A stretch of 12,717 nt of DNA from Chlorokybus atmophyticus. Lineage: Eukaryota > Plantae > Mesostigma and Chlorokybus algae. Shown piece after piece: positions 7,999 through 12,717 of the stretch. Numbering within the stretch: the first letter of the stretch is position 1; each line of letters begins with the position of its first letter. A program made the position numbers and the translations under genes. Location of the stretch: NCBI GenBank assembly GCA_009103225.1, contig RHPI01001168.1:110087-122803 (forward strand), in the 5' to 3' direction. The notes beneath the pieces are model-generated. The model ran no database searches. It was not told the origin of the DNA and saw only the letters and a program-made list of their open reading frames with translations.

Positions 7999-9712
7999 AT
8001 GATGTCGGCGGCAGCAGTTGAATCACCCTCACCTAGGAGACCATGCTTGGTGTGCCCACAATGCAATGCGTACGTATGTGCCAATGGCCGTAGGCAGCAA
8101 ATGCGAGCACACTTGACCGAATGCCAGCGAGTGCAGACAGTGTGCCACGGTTTTAGTGCTGCTTGCTGGCATCACACCACACACAATGTCGACGAGTTTG
8201 GCTGCCGCCTCGGCCAAGTGCTGCGCAAGGAACCCGAGTTTTTCCATTGCGTGCAGTGCGTGTGCGAATCGTGCTCGCGCTCATGCTTCGAGTGGCGAGG
8301 GGAACCCATGCGCTTCTTCACATGGACAACACCGGGACATGTGGTTAGTGGACAGGTGGTGGATGCTGTGGAGGTAATCCACAAGAGTGGACCGCGACGT
8401 ATCACTGCATGTTATGTTGGGCGTATGCTTATTTCATGCATGTTGAAGCTGTTGTCGCATTCAGAGCAGTCTTGCACGGTGTGGGCGTGGGCAGTTCCAT
8501 CCCCTGGCCGCTGTAGAGGAGGCAGACCATCGACCGTTGGACAGCGCACTGCATCGGCTGCGGAACGCAGTTAAGTTGGGATGCGAGCAGCTGATCGGTG
8601 TGAGTGTCATGGTGCATTGGCCGCTGGATGGGGAATGGTATGCGGGCGTTGTGGAATCATTCAAGCAAGCGTCAGGTCAGCATCGCTTCGTGGCGTGCGA
8701 GATTGAGGACGCATCATATATGCATGGTGCAATGGAAAATGTCTTTGCAAGGCAGCACCGTATAGTATTCGATGACGGTGATCGACCACAAACCATCAAC
8801 TTAAAAGGGCACAACGTATTCGTGTACACATCAATTGACGGGGCACGCCATGTTCTGCGCGCCGGAGGGGAGAACGTCAGTCGCAAAGTAAGCCCGGACG
8901 GCATCATTGTTAGTCCTTGGCCAGCACCACGGCCAGCCTTGACCACATACACGCCATTTGACAACAAGCTGGGACGCACACGCAGACCAAGGGCACTCGA
9001 CCTATTCTGCGGCGGTGGCGGTGCCAGTGTCGATCTATACCACGCAGGCTTTGACGTGACCGGGATGGACATAAGTCCCTCCTCTGAGTACCCGCTGCCC
9101 TTCACACACCGCGATGTATGCACCCTGAGTGCAGGAGAGCTGAGCGAGTACGAGCTCATCTGGGCCAGTCCACCATGCCAGGCCTATTCAGGTGCTATCC
9201 CGGCACCTCAACGGGCGGCACATGGCACATCCTGGAGACACCAGGATATGATACCGCTCGTCCGACGTCTGCTGCTTGCAAGCCAGGTCAAGTTTGTGAT
9301 TGAGAATGTGCCAGGAGCAGCTTCCTCATTCAGACCCAATCTGTCCCTTTGTGGCACGATGTTTGGCCTATCAACTTTCCGATACCGTCTGTTTGAGACA
9401 CAGCCAGTGGTAGCTACCCCACCAGCACGCTGCTCGCACGCGGGCAAGGCAGTTGGACTGCTATCGCCGCACCTGTCCGCTAGCGCGAAGAAGACAATCG
9501 TGACATCAAACGCGCCACAGCAGATGTACCCGGTCTATGGCCTTCCAAGCACCAGGGGCGGCATTGCTGCGTGGCAAACAGCGCTGGGAGTGCCATGGAT
9601 GACCTCGGCCGTTTTCATAGCGAATGCAGTTCCTCCCGCAATGGCGGAGTGCATAGGGCGTCTCATGCTTGAAACAATGGATATGCGCTGTGACTACCCT
9701 CCTGTGTCATAG
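7999..9712 (+). CDS. Zn finger-Tudor-C5 cytosine DNA methyltransferase fusion. Exons 7999-8373 and 8465-9712, with an internal 75-nt intron-like insert at 8676-8750
   Basis: Intron 8374-8464 (GTAATC..TTCAG, phase 0) joins a Cys-rich exon (CPQC-x15-HLTEC; CVQCVCESC) to the 8537-9712 frame. Tudor: LIGVSVMVHWPLDGEWYAGVVESFKQASG/QHRIVFDDGDRPQTINL (8591-8803). C5-MTase motifs in order: I LDLFCGGGG (8996), II GMD, IV ASPPCQAYS (Cys at 9176), VI VIENVPG (9302), VIII RYRLFET, X IANAVPP. Confidence 0.9.
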
Positions 9713-9928
9713 AACTATGAGGCTTGTGTGGTGCACTGTATTGATGCTTAATGCCACACGGCGGACTGATTGTTGAATGTTGCATGGATCATTCGATTGT
9801 AGTGACAGTTGTGCAGTGACAGCTGCCCGGTATTGTACACGTCCACATGCAAAAGTCTTAGCATACGATTAGCAATGCCTAAGTGACTGATATGCTCCAA
9901 ACTCAGAGTAGTGAGACAAGTACATGTG

Positions 9929-12717
9929 TCACGTGGAAGTGCAGTGAATGTTCACCCAATACTTGCCCTCTTGTACACGGGCGCTGTCCTTGTCAAACAT
10001 GGGGAGCAGCTGGACAATGCCTTTTACTTGCTCCAGAGTCACGACATCGAGATGTGGACCGCCTCGACGCTTTTCCCATTCCAGAGCGATGCACTTTGTG
10101 TCGCTCGTCACATCCAGCTTCGTGTACCAGCGGACAAACACGACCTCATTCCACACGCGCTCGCCGCTACCACCTCACACCACCACGCGCAGAAAAAGGA
10201 GTGCCTGAGCCCACCACGTCACGTTCACACCGTCCTCATCACCTTCCAACTCAAGTGTAGAGAACCAAGGCCGCCCATGGAACATCCCAGTTGCGCGCGC
10301 CATGCTGACTCCTGATGTCATGTACACCGCTGCGCCTCCGTTCACCACGCGAACAGCACGCCACCCGTCGGCCAACTCCAGTTGTTCCCTCCTCAACCAG
10401 CTGTCCAGGGTGGCAGGCAGCTTGTCGGCAAATGGAGTCTTCAAGGCGACTTGGCGGCTACGCGCAGATCCGCTCCAGTACGGGCTGGACTCCCTCCTTG
10501 TCAGCACATCCATCCGTAGCAACTTGTCCGTCTTCTCCATGACATTACAGCACTGCTGCCGCGCCTGCGCCATGACCGAGCGCATCTCGGGATCCACGAC
10601 CATGCCATCCTCTCTCACATATTCCGCACAGCTCCATGCCTTCAGGATACGTGCCTGGTAGTCCCGGTTGTTGCCACCACGCGCCCACCGTTTGATATTT
10701 TGGGCGTGCGTCTGCTCCATGCGGTTGGCGCTGAACCAATCTGGGTGTCCACTGCTGACAATTGCCGGCCCAAAATGAGTGAGCTGATGCATCTTCTCGA
10801 TCTTCCAACCTGACTTCTGTGCAGAATATGACGACAGTAGCGGATGCAACACTGCAGCTTTGAAGGCAGCCAGCTCGTTGTCGGCTGTGGTCAGGGTCTC
10901 TCTTGTGTGTTCATGCGCCTTCAGCAACTTCTTGTTCCACTGGGCAAGCGATGCGGCAGCAATGGTGAAGAAATCGTTGCCCTCACTGTCGAGCAGCAAA
11001 CCGTCTGCGAGGACCGGCAGCAGCTGCAGCACCGCCACTTTCTCCACCACCTGAAAGGAGTGGTCGGACAGGAAGAAATCTACTGTGCTTGTGGGTGCCT
11101 TGAAGTGCGAAACCCGCAGAGTCGCCTTGCATGCATTCAGCCTGTGCACATCTGCTCGTGAGCACGTGTTGTTGGCTTTTGTGTTCAACACAAAAGCAAC
11201 ACCAAAGACGTGCCTGGCCTGCAGAATCTGTCTCGTGGATGGACGCATTCGTTCCTTCGCGGCGTCGTACACAGCAGCAAGCAGGTGGTCAATGATGCCT
11301 CCCAGCACATGCATTGCGTCAGGGGCAAGACGAGAGTAGCAGTCAGCTCCCGGCACCCGCGACTGTCGCCAACCCCACAGTGCATTCTGTTGCCAAACCA
11401 CATTGCCTGGTTTCACGGAAAGCCATTCATCCTCACGAATGCCGGTAATTTGACCATTACCTCCTCGACATGCATGGAGTGCTGCTCTTTGAAAGCCTTG
11501 GCTGTCTGGCGTGCATTCCTAACACCGCTATGCAGGTCCGCCCGCAGCTGACGTATTGCTGGTGTGTAGAAGGCCTCGGTTCTCAATTCCCGGTCCTCAT
11601 CCATCTCCAACAGATCTGATTTGGTGACGAGACAAACATCGCAAGGATGTCGTGTTTGGTTGCCCGACACAGTGCGTGCGAGTGTGGCAGTCTCCTACAA
11701 CACGACAAACTCAGATGTTCTACTGACAACATCCTCCATGCACTGTTTGCTGGCGGGCTGCATCCGGTTACAACCATTCATGCCCACTACCTGCAAATCG
11801 CTGATGTAGTTGGCAAGCGCGGGAAACACACGACGCTCAATGCCATTCGGGTCGATGAGCTGCAGACCTTCCAAACTCGCCCGTTTCACATCCCCTAACA
11901 CTACATTCAAAGCGTCATGAAAAATCTCACGTTTCCGAATGGAGAACGATTCCTTGCCCTGCGCCCAGGTGGGATGCCCGGCCACTGCGTGAACCACCGG
12001 CAGAAGCGCTATCATAACAACCCCCATGTTGCTAGCATACATGTCCCAACTGTAGTTGGCAAGCGATGCCATCAGAGGGTAGCCAGAGCGCTTGCCCGCG
12101 CTGTCCAGCGTGGTCTTGTCACTGTATAGAATGGCAGGCGCCAAGTAGGACGCTTCCCCCACCTCTCTCCTCAAATCTACATCCACATCCTTCCACCAAT
12201 CGCCCGCGGAAGGATGGCCAAAGCTGTGCTCGTCACCAGTGTACTGGAGATTGAAGCCATTGGCGGCATGTGGATTGCCATACAACCGTGCGAGCCATAC
12301 ATGCTCCGACCAAGAGCATTACTTACTATGCTGGCCTCAGAATAGATACTGCATCGATACTGCATTAGGTACTGCATTTCACAAACCTTGGCCGGCATAT
12401 ATGTGACGCAGATGTCCTGATCCTCAGGGTCTCCAGGCTTGCGCAGGTCAGCCGTCACGTAGTTCTGATACGGCAGCACACTCGCATGTGCATATGTGAC
12501 ATGGCTCTGATGGTTGAAGCACATGCACCGCACACCGTGAACACACCTCAGACTGAGAGAAAGCAATCGTGGTCCGGAGGTAGCTGGCCGCATGCACACC
12601 GGTCTCCCACTGGAGCTCTTCCGTCAGGAAGTGTGCATTTCGGATGCACTTGATGATCCGCCCCATGTCGGAGGCCGACAGGCCTTGGCCGTTGTTGCAC
12701 TGCACGAATGCCACTGC
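9929..12717 (-). pseudogene. Plavaka-family transposase (PF18759-like), spliced, one premature TGA, 5' end outside the window. Exons >12717-12547, 12464-12387, about 12303-11791, 11694-11461, 11386-11214, 11141-9929
   Basis: Joined exons give the Plavaka motif series in order: LYGNP…GDWW, PAILYSDKTTL…GYPLMASLAN, ALLP, FHDAL, RRVFPALANYISDLQ-ETA…HPCDVCLV, LAPDAMH, KMHQLTHF…AI…GHPDWFSANRMEQTH, FHGRPWF, VFVRWY…VQLLP…YWVN. Splice sites are GT-AG except 11213-11142 (GC-AG) and an uncertain acceptor near 12301-12304. TGA at 10177-10175 is in frame with the C-terminal 82 codons ending at 9929. Confidence 0.88.

Larger units (their letters stand above)
7783..12717. mobile_element. Candidate Plavaka DNA transposon: repeat array, methyltransferase cargo gene and transposase; right end outside the window
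   Basis: The transposase and MTase genes converge with only 216 nt between stop codons, and the palindrome array lies on the outer side of the MTase gene. Element boundaries are inferred; no terminal repeat pair or TSD is seen. Confidence 0.5.

Noticed and set aside
8888-8936. Additional intron starting at the strong-looking donor GTAAGC between Tudor and MTase
   Set aside because: The donor is phase 0 but the nearby CAG acceptors (8924, 8936) are phase 1, and the frame is already open without it.
9883-10661. Plus-strand ORFs overlapping the Plavaka 3' end
   Set aside because: Antisense shadows of the transposase C-terminus with no domain motifs.

Overview
Eukaryotic genomic DNA made almost entirely of mobile-element or cargo sequence. 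Short 60-200 nt spliceosomal introns and TTTAGGG motifs suggest a green-lineage host, which is an inference. Left to right: (1) the 5' part of an unknown spliced gene on the minus strand (<1-737); (2) a hairpin array built on a GTACCAT/ATGGTAC core (920-1081); (3) a spliced plus-strand pseudogene with a CxxC..H..C finger (about 1136-2917) running into a 523-nt assembly gap; (4) an intact Ty3/Gypsy-like gag plus aspartic protease ORF with no RT/RNase H/integrase, followed by a polypurine tract and a TG start (3645-6314, 6363-6481); (5) a RING-finger coding segment (6592-7494) that may be the last exon of (3); (6) a second GTACCAT palindrome array and telo-box motifs (7783-7955); (7) a spliced gene fusing a Zn finger, a Tudor domain and a short phage/bacterial-type C5 cytosine DNA methyltransferase (7999-9712); (8) tail-to-tail with it, a six-exon Plavaka-family transposase with one premature TGA (9929->12717). 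The best candidate new system is a Plavaka DNA transposon carrying a chromatin-reader (Tudor)-fused, prokaryote-derived cytosine methyltransferase. Nearly all inactivating lesions in the window can be read as C-to-T changes in CG or CHG context. All calls were made by eye; no database searches were run.
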